Shown piece by piece: positions 18,643 through 28,091 of a stretch of 64,000 bases of DNA. The translations under genes were made by a program, and so were the position numbers. How positions within the stretch are numbered: the stretch's first letter is position 1; every line of letters starts with the position of its first letter. This DNA is from a virus: the IMG/VR virus record IMGVR_UViG_3300007640_000033, positions 4,180-68,179 of that record; one strand, 5' to 3'. The notes beneath the pieces are model-generated. The model worked only from the letters and a program-made list of their open reading frames with translations. It searched no databases and was not told the origin of the DNA.

Positions 18643-19473
18643 ATGGAAAAACAAATGAAAAATATAATACCAGTGTCCGAGGGTTTTTCGGACACTGGTT
18701 TGCCTGATATGAAGTACTACGCGTTTGATTGGGACGATAATGTAGTTCATATGCCAACTGAAATTATGTTACAAAATTCTGATGGTGACGAAATTGGTAT
18801 GTCAACAGAAGATTTTGCAGAATATAGAGGTGTAATTGGAAAAGAACCTTTTGATTATAAAGGACAGGAAATTACAGGTTATGCTGAAGACCCTTTTAGA
18901 AATTTTAGAACAGACGGTGATTCTCAATTTCTAAAGGATATAAATTCAGCAAAGTTAGGACCAGCTTGGGAGGATTTCAAAGAAGCAATAAATAATGGTT
19001 CGATATTTGCAATTATTACCGCAAGAGGACATAATCCTTTTACCTTAAGAAAGGCAGTTAAAAAATATATTGATTCAGGATACGGAGGGATTGATAAAAA
19101 ACAATTAGTTAAGAATCTTAGAAAATACAGAGATTTTGTGGGTGAAGATAATATGGGTGATGAAGAAATGATTGAAACTTATTTGTCTCTAAACAAATAC
19201 CACCCCGTTTCTTTTGGGACAGGTGCTGAGGCAAATCCTGAGGAATTAAAGGTGGAAGCAATGAAAGATTTTGAAAAATATGTCAGAGGAATGGCAGGGT
19301 TATTAGAAAAAACTTATAACCTTGTTTCTGATTTAGGGTTCAAATTTACCCCAACGATAGGTTTTTCTGATGACGACCCAAAGAATGTGGAAGTTATGAA
19401 GAAGAATTTTGATAAGCCAAATAGCTTAGTTAATATTTATTCTACAGCTGGAGGAGTTAAAAGAAAAGAATAA
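18643..19473 (+). CDS. HAD-superfamily hydrolase
   Basis: Motif I AFDWDDN, motif II IITARGH, a Lys, and motif IV GFSDDD. Confidence 0.7.
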   Translation: MEKQMKNIIPVSEGFSDTGLPDMKYYAFDWDDNVVHMPTEIMLQNSDGDEIGMSTEDFAEYRGVIGKEPFDYKGQEITGYAEDPFRNFRTDGDSQFLKDINSAKLGPAWEDFKEAINNGSIFAIITARGHNPFTLRKAVKKYIDSGYGGIDKKQLVKNLRKYRDFVGEDNMGDEEMIETYLSLNKYHPVSFGTGAEANPEELKVEAMKDFEKYVRGMAGLLEKTYNLVSDLGFKFTPTIGFSDDDPKNVEVMKKNFDKPNSLVNIYSTAGGVKRKE

Positions 19474-19478
19474 TTAAG

Positions 19479-19516
19479 AACTAGTATAAACTAGAACTAG
19501 TAAGAACTGGAACTGG
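19479..19516. repeat. Cluster of five AACTRG hexamers in an intergenic region
   Basis: AACTAG at 19479, 19489 and 19495; AACTGG at 19505 and 19511. Confidence 0.7.
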
Positions 19517-19617
19517 TTGCTAAATGAATAATAAAACTAAAAAATAAAGTCAAGAGAAAAACTTTCATAGACTATATTTATAGATACATAAACAACAAAA
19601 AATAAGAAAACAAAAAA

Positions 19618-20106
19618 ATGGCTGATTTATTAATGAAAATGCCGGTTCCTTACGAGCCAAAGAGAGTGAACCGATTCATATTGAGATTCCCTTCTACATT
19701 GGGTATTAACGAGTGGTTTGTTGAATCTACAGCAAGACCAAGTATAAAAATTAATTCTGTTGAAATTCCATTCTTGAATACGTCAACATACGTAGCAGGA
19801 CGATTCAATTGGGATGAGATTCCTGTTGTATTTAGAGACCCGATTGGTCCATCAGCAGCACAGGCACTTATGGAATGGGTTCGTTTACATGCAGAATCAG
19901 TCACAGGTCGTATGGGTTATGCTGCGGGTTACAAAAAAGATGTTTTCTTAGAAATGTTGGACCCAACAGGTGTTGTTGTTGAAAAGTGGATTTTGGAAGG
20001 TACGTTCCTAACAAACACAAACTTCAACGCATTGAATTACGGTCAAGATGGGTTGGCTACCATCAATACAAGTTTACGTATGGACCGTTGTATTCTTGTT
20101 TACTAA
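19618..20106 (+). CDS. Tail tube protein (T4 gp19-like)
   Basis: EPKRVNRF, YVAGRFNW, MEWVR, YKKD..LEMLDPTG.VVEKW.L.G motifs; 162 aa, downstream of the sheath; TATTTAT at 19575-19581. Confidence 0.9.
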   Translation: MADLLMKMPVPYEPKRVNRFILRFPSTLGINEWFVESTARPSIKINSVEIPFLNTSTYVAGRFNWDEIPVVFRDPIGPSAAQALMEWVRLHAESVTGRMGYAAGYKKDVFLEMLDPTGVVVEKWILEGTFLTNTNFNALNYGQDGLATINTSLRMDRCILVY

Positions 20107-20142
20107 AATAGTATTGATAAATTTTATAATAACTATATACTT

Positions 20143-20174
20143 AACCACAGGAATAAACCTGTGGTTTTGTTTTT
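20143..20174 (+). terminator. Intrinsic terminator after the tail tube gene
   Basis: Stem AACCACAGG / CCTGTGGTT with AATAAA loop, followed by a T-rich tract. Confidence 0.75.
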
Positions 20175-20180
20175 AATATT

Positions 20181-20933
20181 ATGTCAGACGGAAAAGAATA
20201 CGGTCAAATGAATTTTACCCTCCCACACGATGTGGTACCATTACCTAGTGGAGGTGTTTTTTACAAAAATAAAAAGAAATCTGTTAAGGTTGGATACCTT
20301 ACAGCATCGGATGAAAATATTATTATTGCTGGTTTGAGAGATGATGCTCAAAAAGTAATTTATAATCTTATTAGAAATAAATTGTATGAAACAGACATTC
20401 GTCCTGAAGAGTTGATGGAGAGTGATGTTGAGGCTATATTGATATTTTTAAGAAACACATCATTTGGTGGTGATTATACCATTATAGTAACAGACCCACA
20501 AACAAACAAACGATTTGAAACTAAAATTAGTTTAGAAGAATTGGATATTAAAAAAGGTAGGTTACCTGACCCTGATGGGACATATACTGTCACTTTACCA
20601 AAATCAGGAGTTAGTTGTAAATTACGACCATTAACTTATGGTGAGTTAATGGAACTTCAAAAAAATGTGGACGAATATCCAAAAGGTATGATTCCACCAG
20701 AGACTCAATGGAGACTCCAAAAAATGATTATATCAATCAATAATACAGATAGTAAAGAAGATATTTCAAAGTTTATTGAACAGATGCCAATTATGGATTC
20801 TAAATTTATTAGAAACTTTTTGGATGACAATGAACCTAGATTAGATTTACGAAAAGCAGTTATGGCCCCGTCAGGAGAAAGTGTAATGGTTAACATTACA
20901 TTTGGGGTCACATTTTTTCGCCCTTTCATCTGA
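20181..20933 (+). CDS. Tail assembly chaperone / T4 gp26-like hub assembly protein
   Basis: VPLPSGG.FY, LTASDE, D..AILIFLR, LRPLT and C-terminal FFRP; lies between tube and tape measure genes. Confidence 0.75.
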   Translation: MSDGKEYGQMNFTLPHDVVPLPSGGVFYKNKKKSVKVGYLTASDENIIIAGLRDDAQKVIYNLIRNKLYETDIRPEELMESDVEAILIFLRNTSFGGDYTIIVTDPQTNKRFETKISLEELDIKKGRLPDPDGTYTVTLPKSGVSCKLRPLTYGELMELQKNVDEYPKGMIPPETQWRLQKMIISINNTDSKEDISKFIEQMPIMDSKFIRNFLDDNEPRLDLRKAVMAPSGESVMVNITFGVTFFRPFI

Positions 20934-21081
20934 TTACATAAGAATTCAAACTGAAGAATTCTATTATTTATCAAAAATTTTTAACGTATCATATTCTGAT
21001 TTTATGATTATGCCAGTGTTTTGGCGTAAGTTCATCTTAAACAAGTATGTAGATGAACAACAAGAAAAACATAAGAAATAG
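20914..21081 (+). CDS. Frameshift-accessed C-terminal extension of the tail chaperone (lambda gpT / T4 gp51-like)
   Basis: The +1 frame is open from the TTTTTTCG run to TAG at 21079-21081: FFALSSDYIRIQTEEFYYLSKIFNVSYSDFMIMPVFWRKFILNKYVDEQQEKHKK*. It has no start codon near its 5' end. Confidence 0.7.
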   Translation, partial: FFALSSDYIRIQTEEFYYLSKIFNVSYSDFMIMPVFWRKFILNKYVDEQQEKHKK

Positions 21082-21092
21082 TATTTATTGAT

Positions 21093-22724
21093 ATGGCGTT
21101 CATGGACGATTTAAAAAACGAATTAGGAGATTCAAAAAATCTCCTCGACGCTATATTAACTAGTTTTGATGAAATTGATAAATCCGCATCCAATGTTGTA
21201 AAAACCTTTGGTGTTGGCAGGGACGGTATAAGTTCAATAAAACAACTTATTGGTGATACTATTCCTGAAATTAATAGGTTAGGAGGTAGTTTTAATGACC
21301 TTAATGATGTTATTGAAGGTATTGCTGAATCTACAAACAGACAATTACTTGGTAACAAACAAATTTTAACTGATTTATATGCTGCACAAACAGCTTTAGG
21401 TGAAGCAGGATATGCGTTCGATGTAGGAAAATTCCAAGATATTGGTATTGGGTTGGGAATTATTACTGACGAAATAGAAGACTCAATGAGTTATATTCGT
21501 TCAGTAGGTCTAAATGCTAGTGAAGTAATGAAAGACGTGTTGAATAACACGGAAAAAGTTAATTTATATAATTTCCAAGGAGGTGTCCAAGGATTGACAA
21601 AGATGGCATCACAAGCCTCAATGCTTCGTATTGACATGTCAACAGCATTTAATTTAGCGGAAAAAGTTATGAACCCTGAAGGTGCTATTGAGTTTTCAGC
21701 CGCAATGCAAAGGTTAGGTGTTACGGCAGGTGCGTTAGTTGACCCATTTGCATTGATGGATGCATCAATCAATGACCCAGGAAAACTACAAGATTCACTT
21801 GTTGATGTTGCTAAATCATTGACAATGGTTGATGAAAAAACAGGTAAAATCACAATCAACCCTGGTTCTCAAAGAAGAATGAGAGAATTAGCTGAAGCTG
21901 CGGGAATGAGTGCAGCGGACTTCTCAAAAATGGCAATAAATGCTGCGGATTTAGATAGAAGAATGAAAGAGATTAGATTCCCAAGAGATTTTTCTTCTGA
22001 GGATGATAAGAAATTTATTGCTAATATGGCCTATCTAAATGAAAAAGGTCAATACGAAGTAAAAATACAATATAAAGATGAGTCAAGTGGTGATATTGTA
22101 AGTGCAACTAAGTTAGCCTCTCAAGTAACCCAAGATGAGTTAGAGAAAACAAGAAAATTCCAAGAGAGTCAACCAAAAACTGTTGAAGAAATTGCTCGAG
22201 CACAATTAGATTTTGATAGAAGTATTGCTAGTGATATTGCTGCGGTTAGAAATGCGTTAGTTGGACCAATAACTACTGCAGATAAACTAACTCAAGTAAC
22301 CGAAGGTACTAGAGGTGCCGCTGGTTATGCTGCAAGAGGCGGTATTACAAGTTTTACTGGCGTTGAAGCGATTGACTCTGATGGTAGAAGAATTACTCAA
22401 GGTGGTATTAGAAATAAAACTAATGATGAATTAGAAAGATTAGCCAGTGGTGATACTGACTTAACAACAGTTTTAGTAAAAGCTATTGATTCAGCAACCG
22501 AAATAGTTAAGAACGCAAATTTAAATGCAATTAATGAGGCATATAATAACCCAAATTTAGGTAACCAAGGAGCTGTCTCAAATGTAAACAGATATGAAAT
22601 TGAAATAAAAATTAGTGATAATAATGGTAATCTTATCAATAATCCTACGGTAATGGCTGCCATTTATGAACAAATGGAGAGATTTACTAGAGAAAATGCA
22701 ACAAGAAATAACTTAAATCCTTAA
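21093..22724 (+). CDS. Tape measure protein
   Basis: Helical, Ala/Gly/Met-rich; canonical position after tube and frameshifted chaperone; TATTTAT at 21082-21088. Confidence 0.7.
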   Translation: MAFMDDLKNELGDSKNLLDAILTSFDEIDKSASNVVKTFGVGRDGISSIKQLIGDTIPEINRLGGSFNDLNDVIEGIAESTNRQLLGNKQILTDLYAAQTALGEAGYAFDVGKFQDIGIGLGIITDEIEDSMSYIRSVGLNASEVMKDVLNNTEKVNLYNFQGGVQGLTKMASQASMLRIDMSTAFNLAEKVMNPEGAIEFSAAMQRLGVTAGALVDPFALMDASINDPGKLQDSLVDVAKSLTMVDEKTGKITINPGSQRRMRELAEAAGMSAADFSKMAINAADLDRRMKEIRFPRDFSSEDDKKFIANMAYLNEKGQYEVKIQYKDESSGDIVSATKLASQVTQDELEKTRKFQESQPKTVEEIARAQLDFDRSIASDIAAVRNALVGPITTADKLTQVTEGTRGAAGYAARGGITSFTGVEAIDSDGRRITQGGIRNKTNDELERLASGDTDLTTVLVKAIDSATEIVKNANLNAINEAYNNPNLGNQGAVSNVNRYEIEIKISDNNGNLINNPTVMAAIYEQMERFTRENATRNNLNP

Positions 22725-22752
22725 AAAATTCGGTGAAAACTATTTATCATAA

Positions 22753-25700
22753 ATGCCGAGTTATTTAACCATACCAGATACCGCCGCGTTTAGGAACTCA
22801 ATGATTTCTCGAAATCTGAGACCCTACACATTACGCCCATCTATCAGACTATTCCAAGATTTTATACCAAGAGATTTACCTGTTATAGACTCTGATGATA
22901 CTCTAATTGCGGATGACCCATTTGCGGATTTGGCATATCCCCTTAACCAATATGGTCCACAAGGTGGTTATAATAAGAATATAAATTATAATAATTTATT
23001 ACCAAGACCTTCAAATGAAGGTGAATATGATTTATCCGATGCTGAAAGATTACAAGAAGGTGTTCAAACTGCACCAATATGGATAAGTAAAAACAGATTT
23101 CAACCTGATTTATTTTATTTTTATCAGGATTTACCAATTATTATATTACCACAGGTAAATGCCCCATACCCTGATAATTTTGTACCTTCAACGTATTCAC
23201 CATATTCTATCCTTATAAATCCTGACCCTAATGGTGATAATGGTAGACTCAGTCAAGATTCATATATTGCTCGTTTAGGTGCGGAAACTCTTAGAAAAGA
23301 GTTTGAAGAAAGAATTGGTAGAGAAGTTGAACAACTTACAATCAAAAGAGCCAATTTCTTAAACCTAAATGACCCAATAAATGTTATAAACATTATTAAG
23401 GGTACTGTACCCCTTATTGAACCAAATTATAGTATTACAGTACCATCAGGACCAATAAATGCTGCTGTAAATTTTGGTGCAAGACTTACAGGTACATATA
23501 TACCTGTTAGTCCTATTCCTGGTGATTATTTTGATGCAAATGCATATCTAAGAGTACCAGGACAAACAAGTCAATTGGCGGGTGCAGCCGGCGTTCCAAT
23601 AGGACAAGGATTTTTAAATGCATTCCTTAGACCTGTCACGGATATAAATTCTTCACAAAGATTCCTAAATAATACGGGACAAGGACAAAAATCTGTTTTA
23701 TTCAATAACTTAGATTACAACAAATTTAAACCACCATATTCAAAAACAGCTGTTGGTAGTTTGGTTCAAACTGTTTTAGGTAATCAAGGTGTAAATGAAA
23801 AAAATGGTGAGTTTTATGTTGGAAGCCCAACAAATGACCCTGCTCGTGCTTCAAACCCATCAGGTGACTTACCTATCGATGAATTTGGAAGAGAAATTGA
23901 AACCAGTGTTTATGGTTCTCAATTAGGTAAACTTTATGAAGGGGAAGACAAAGACCTTAAGTTTGGTCTGAACGGTGTTTCATATGGTGATGGTGGTGGT
24001 ATCGCCGGTGGATTTACGTGGGTATCACCAAAATACACACCAAATGCTGGTAAACACGCAACACCTGGTGGTGGTATTGGAAGTGATGACCCTGACTTTC
24101 CTACATTGGCTTGGGGTGCTACTGAGTCTACACAATATGATTTTACAAGAGGTTCAATCCTTGACGACACTCAAAGATTAGTAAATTCACAACCAAACGG
24201 GGCTAAAAGACTTAGACATGTCGGAAATGCAATTGACCAAGTATCAAAAGTATTCAACGACGGTTACAAAGAAATGACTAAAGGTTCACGAGTTTTGAGA
24301 TATGAAAATCAAAATGGTACTGAAGTTGGTATTGAATATTGTCGTGTTTGGACAAAAGATACACCATATCTACAATATAATGATTTAGTAAAGACTGAAG
24401 GTATTACAACCGAAAATAGAAGATTTACATACTCAATTTTAGATAAAACATATAACTTAAATATTGCACCTGAAAAAGGCGGTGATAGTATTGAAAATTT
24501 CCCATTAAATAACTGTGATACAGCCAACTCAAGAGTGAAAAAGTATATGTTCTCAATTGAGAATTTAGCTTGGAGAACAGGTAATAGACCTGGTTTTAGG
24601 TATATTGATTTACCATTCTGTGAAAGAGGACCAAACGGTGGTAGAATAATGTGGTTTCCACCATACGATATTAAGGTTAGTGAATCATCTAGTGCTAACT
24701 GGAATACCACAGACTTCTTAGGTCGTCCAGAACCTGTATATACCTATAAAAATACATCAAGAACGGGTACATTATCTTGGAAAGTTATTGTTGACCACCC
24801 GTCAATCTTAAATACTATTGTTCAAAAGGTATTGGCGAATGAAAATAACAGAGAAAAAGTAGATAACATTGTTGACTCATTCTTTGCCGGGTGTAAAAAA
24901 TATGATATATATGAACTTGTAAAAATTTATGGTAATATATGTCCTGATGAGATTTTCCAAATACAAGAAATTATAAATAAACCATATCCGTTACCTGATG
25001 AAGATTTTGATGTTATAAATGGTGCAATAATTCCTGGTAATATTGATTTAGGTTTTGAAGTTGCTGGTACCGATGGGGGTAATAACACCGTAGAAATTCA
25101 ACCACCATTAGAAGGTAGTACTGAAGAACAACAACCATTTGAGGAGTTTGTTGACTATACTTTTTATTTTGATAATGACGTACCTGGTCCACAAGAAACA
25201 TCATCAACAACTACAACAATAAATTGGAGGGATGTAATGGATACTTACATCTCACCAACAAAACAAGGTGTATATTATCAAACGGCACAACAAAGTCAAA
25301 AAGAACCTGTTTCAGAATTTTTTAAAGTAATTGAGGAAAATAACACTCAAATTGAAAATTTTCTTAGAAGGTTATATCAAATATTAAGTGAAAACCCTAA
25401 CGCTGTTGTTACTGTAGATATTATTTCTTCGGCTTCAGCTCCAAACACTAAAGAATATAATGTTTCATTATCAAAAAGAAGATTTTCTTCAGTAGTGAAT
25501 TACATATCAAATGTTACATTATCTTCTGATGATGGACAAATTAGTTTTGGTCAATTTATAAATGCCTCACCACAAAGATTAATTTTAAACAATGTTGCTG
25601 CTTCAGGCGAAGAAACAACAGTTTACCCTAAAAGATTAAATGGTGAAAGTTCTGGTGCTATAAATTGTACTACTGATTTAAATTTTCCTGATTCAACATA

Positions 25701-27768
25701 TTCAGTGAACGCAATGGCTTGTAGAAGAGCAACATTCAAAAGAATTACTGTTGAAGGTATCCCACCTGTTGTTACACCACCAACACCGGGAAATATTGAT
25801 ATTATACCACCACCGCCAGGAACACCACCTGTTATAGTACCACCTGTTATAACACCGCCAAAACAAGACCCAGATATTGTTATTAAAAAATATAGGGATA
25901 ATATAACAACTTTCTTGACAAGAAAAATGTTAAGTGAATGTGATTATTTCCAAGTTATTCAAGGTGATAACCCAATGGTTTATGATTCTTTGAAAGATAA
26001 ATTAAAATATTTTTCACCAGCGTTCCACTCTATGACACCTGAAGGATTGAATGCTAGACTTACATTCTTACAACAATGTCTAAGACCTGGTGACACAATA
26101 CCAACAGTTCAGGTGAATGCTAATGGTACTACCGAATTCAAATATGACAATGCTGTAAATACATCATTTGGTGCACCACCAGTTTTGGTATTAAGATTTG
26201 GTGACTTTTTCCACACTAAGATTATCCCAACCAACCTACAAATAGGTTATGACCCGTTCACGTTGGATACAAACCCTGAAGGTATTGGTGTACAACCAAT
26301 GATTGCTAATATTAGTTTATCATTTAATTTTATTGGTGGTGAAGGGTTAAAAGGACCTGTTGATACATTACAGAACGCATTGAGTTTTAACTACTATGCA
26401 AATACTGAAGTCTACGATGACAGAGCTGAAAAGACAGACCCATCTAAATTGTATGACCAAGAATTTTTACAGAAATTTATTGACCAAAAACCTGTTGTTA
26501 CAACAAATACTGCCAATCAGGTAAACAGTCAAATTGAAAATGATGGTGGAAACACTATAGGTAAAGTTATATCAACCACTTCCACATCAGGAACAACTGT
26601 AGGACAAATTCAGTATAAAGATATAATGAATGATTTGATTGACCAATCACAGAATTATTTCAATACTGTTTATAATAAGATTAAGGAAATTGGTGAACAA
26701 CACAATTTAGGTGTTGTACAATTGTATACAAAAGAAAGACAATTTATTGAAGGTTCAATACCTGTCACATCTACTACGGTGAATCTATTTGGTAAACCAG
26801 TTAAATTACAAGATAACACGGATGAATTAATAAATTTATTAATTGATGATATTAATAATGATAATTGGATATTCTTTAGTGCTATGTTAGATGAAAATAT
26901 AACGGCAAAAACTAAGAGAAAAGTTAAAAAGAATATGATTGATTATCTAAACGGACTAAAAGGAACTTTCTCAAATGATTTATATACAATAACACAAGAA
27001 TTGGTAGATGCTGAGATGGATTTAATAAAAACAATAAATAAGGTGTCTGTTGTTACAAATGATGATAGTGATTATATTGATGGGTTTATAAAACAAAAGA
27101 AAGAAGTTATTGTGTATCACATATCAGGTACTTCTCAAGTAAGTGCTGCATCATCAGGTGTTACTGACACAAAGGAAGAATTAAAGAATGACTTTGCAAC
27201 AATAGGTGACTATCTACATAATTTCTATGAACTAATTGGTAGTGATTTTACGACAACAATTAATGGTCAAAGTATTTCTGAAAAATTGTTGTCAGGAAAT
27301 TATAATACAACAACTTGTACATTTAGTCCATTAGGGTCTTATTTAAATACAGATGTTGAGAATAGAGCATATCAAATATTGGCTCATATATTATTAGATA
27401 ATATAAAAAGAGAACAATTTACTAACGCGATTATAACACAAGATGTAATTGATTCACAAGACTTGTCTAAAGACTTCTCAATATCAAATTATTTTTCAAA
27501 TTATTTTGATGATGATTTTTATAATGTTTGTAAAAATGAACAAACACTATTTATCAGTTGGTTAGAGGCTTTCAAAGCAAACCCAACTAACAATACTACT
27601 TACTTTGGTAGTTTCACGCCTTATACTAGGGATAAAGAAAGAGTTTTTGACTTTTCAACAAAACCAGTCGGAACAACTGAAGAAAAACAGTTGTTTTTGG
27701 ATTTGTATAGTACAAAAAATACTAATAAGTCTAAAACAACGTGGATGGGTAAAGTACAACTTAACTAA
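22753..27768 (+). CDS. Large baseplate / tube-initiator protein with inserted OmpA-like domain
   Basis: FPPYD...SANWNTTDFLGRPEPVYTY and PPVLVLRFGD...PMIANISLSFNFIGG resemble gp48/gp54-type tube initiators; SASAPNTKEYNVSLSKRRFSSV resembles the OmpA C-terminal domain. Confidence 0.6.
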   Translation: MPSYLTIPDTAAFRNSMISRNLRPYTLRPSIRLFQDFIPRDLPVIDSDDTLIADDPFADLAYPLNQYGPQGGYNKNINYNNLLPRPSNEGEYDLSDAERLQEGVQTAPIWISKNRFQPDLFYFYQDLPIIILPQVNAPYPDNFVPSTYSPYSILINPDPNGDNGRLSQDSYIARLGAETLRKEFEERIGREVEQLTIKRANFLNLNDPINVINIIKGTVPLIEPNYSITVPSGPINAAVNFGARLTGTYIPVSPIPGDYFDANAYLRVPGQTSQLAGAAGVPIGQGFLNAFLRPVTDINSSQRFLNNTGQGQKSVLFNNLDYNKFKPPYSKTAVGSLVQTVLGNQGVNEKNGEFYVGSPTNDPARASNPSGDLPIDEFGREIETSVYGSQLGKLYEGEDKDLKFGLNGVSYGDGGGIAGGFTWVSPKYTPNAGKHATPGGGIGSDDPDFPTLAWGATESTQYDFTRGSILDDTQRLVNSQPNGAKRLRHVGNAIDQVSKVFNDGYKEMTKGSRVLRYENQNGTEVGIEYCRVWTKDTPYLQYNDLVKTEGITTENRRFTYSILDKTYNLNIAPEKGGDSIENFPLNNCDTANSRVKKYMFSIENLAWRTGNRPGFRYIDLPFCERGPNGGRIMWFPPYDIKVSESSSANWNTTDFLGRPEPVYTYKNTSRTGTLSWKVIVDHPSILNTIVQKVLANENNREKVDNIVDSFFAGCKKYDIYELVKIYGNICPDEIFQIQEIINKPYPLPDEDFDVINGAIIPGNIDLGFEVAGTDGGNNTVEIQPPLEGSTEEQQPFEEFVDYTFYFDNDVPGPQETSSTTTTINWRDVMDTYISPTKQGVYYQTAQQSQKEPVSEFFKVIEENNTQIENFLRRLYQILSENPNAVVTVDIISSASAPNTKEYNVSLSKRRFSSVVNYISNVTLSSDDGQISFGQFINASPQRLILNNVAASGEETTVYPKRLNGESSGAINCTTDLNFPDSTYSVNAMACRRATFKRITVEGIPPVVTPPTPGNIDIIPPPPGTPPVIVPPVITPPKQDPDIVIKKYRDNITTFLTRKMLSECDYFQVIQGDNPMVYDSLKDKLKYFSPAFHSMTPEGLNARLTFLQQCLRPGDTIPTVQVNANGTTEFKYDNAVNTSFGAPPVLVLRFGDFFHTKIIPTNLQIGYDPFTLDTNPEGIGVQPMIANISLSFNFIGGEGLKGPVDTLQNALSFNYYANTEVYDDRAEKTDPSKLYDQEFLQKFIDQKPVVTTNTANQVNSQIENDGGNTIGKVISTTSTSGTTVGQIQYKDIMNDLIDQSQNYFNTVYNKIKEIGEQHNLGVVQLYTKERQFIEGSIPVTSTTVNLFGKPVKLQDNTDELINLLIDDINNDNWIFFSAMLDENITAKTKRKVKKNMIDYLNGLKGTFSNDLYTITQELVDAEMDLIKTINKVSVVTNDDSDYIDGFIKQKKEVIVYHISGTSQVSAASSGVTDTKEELKNDFATIGDYLHNFYELIGSDFTTTINGQSISEKLLSGNYNTTTCTFSPLGSYLNTDVENRAYQILAHILLDNIKREQFTNAIITQDVIDSQDLSKDFSISNYFSNYFDDDFYNVCKNEQTLFISWLEAFKANPTNNTTYFGSFTPYTRDKERVFDFSTKPVGTTEEKQLFLDLYSTKNTNKSKTTWMGKVQLN

Positions 27769-28091
27769 TGGCAAGACAATATTTCAATAGGTACCAATAT
27801 AGTTTGATAAACGGTGAATACAAAGTAGTTCCGTATATCAATCTACCATCCAAACCTACCGACCAATTTTTTATTTATAAAGTTGGTAAATCAAGATTGG
27901 ATAAAATTTCACAAGAGTTTTATGGAAGTCCTTACTTCGGATGGTTAATTATGTTGGCTAATCCAAAATATGGTGGTTTAGAAAACTTCATAAATGATGG
28001 TGCTATTGTAACAGTTCCATTTCCACTAGTAGCTTCATTACAAGACTATAAAGCTGCTTTAGACAACCAAGCTTTATATTATGGCCAATGA
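27768..28091 (+). CDS. Baseplate wedge LysM-like protein (T4 gp53 / P2 gpX-like)
   Basis: RLDKISQEFYGSPYFGWLIMLANP motif. Confidence 0.75.
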   Translation: MARQYFNRYQYSLINGEYKVVPYINLPSKPTDQFFIYKVGKSRLDKISQEFYGSPYFGWLIMLANPKYGGLENFINDGAIVTVPFPLVASLQDYKAALDNQALYYGQ

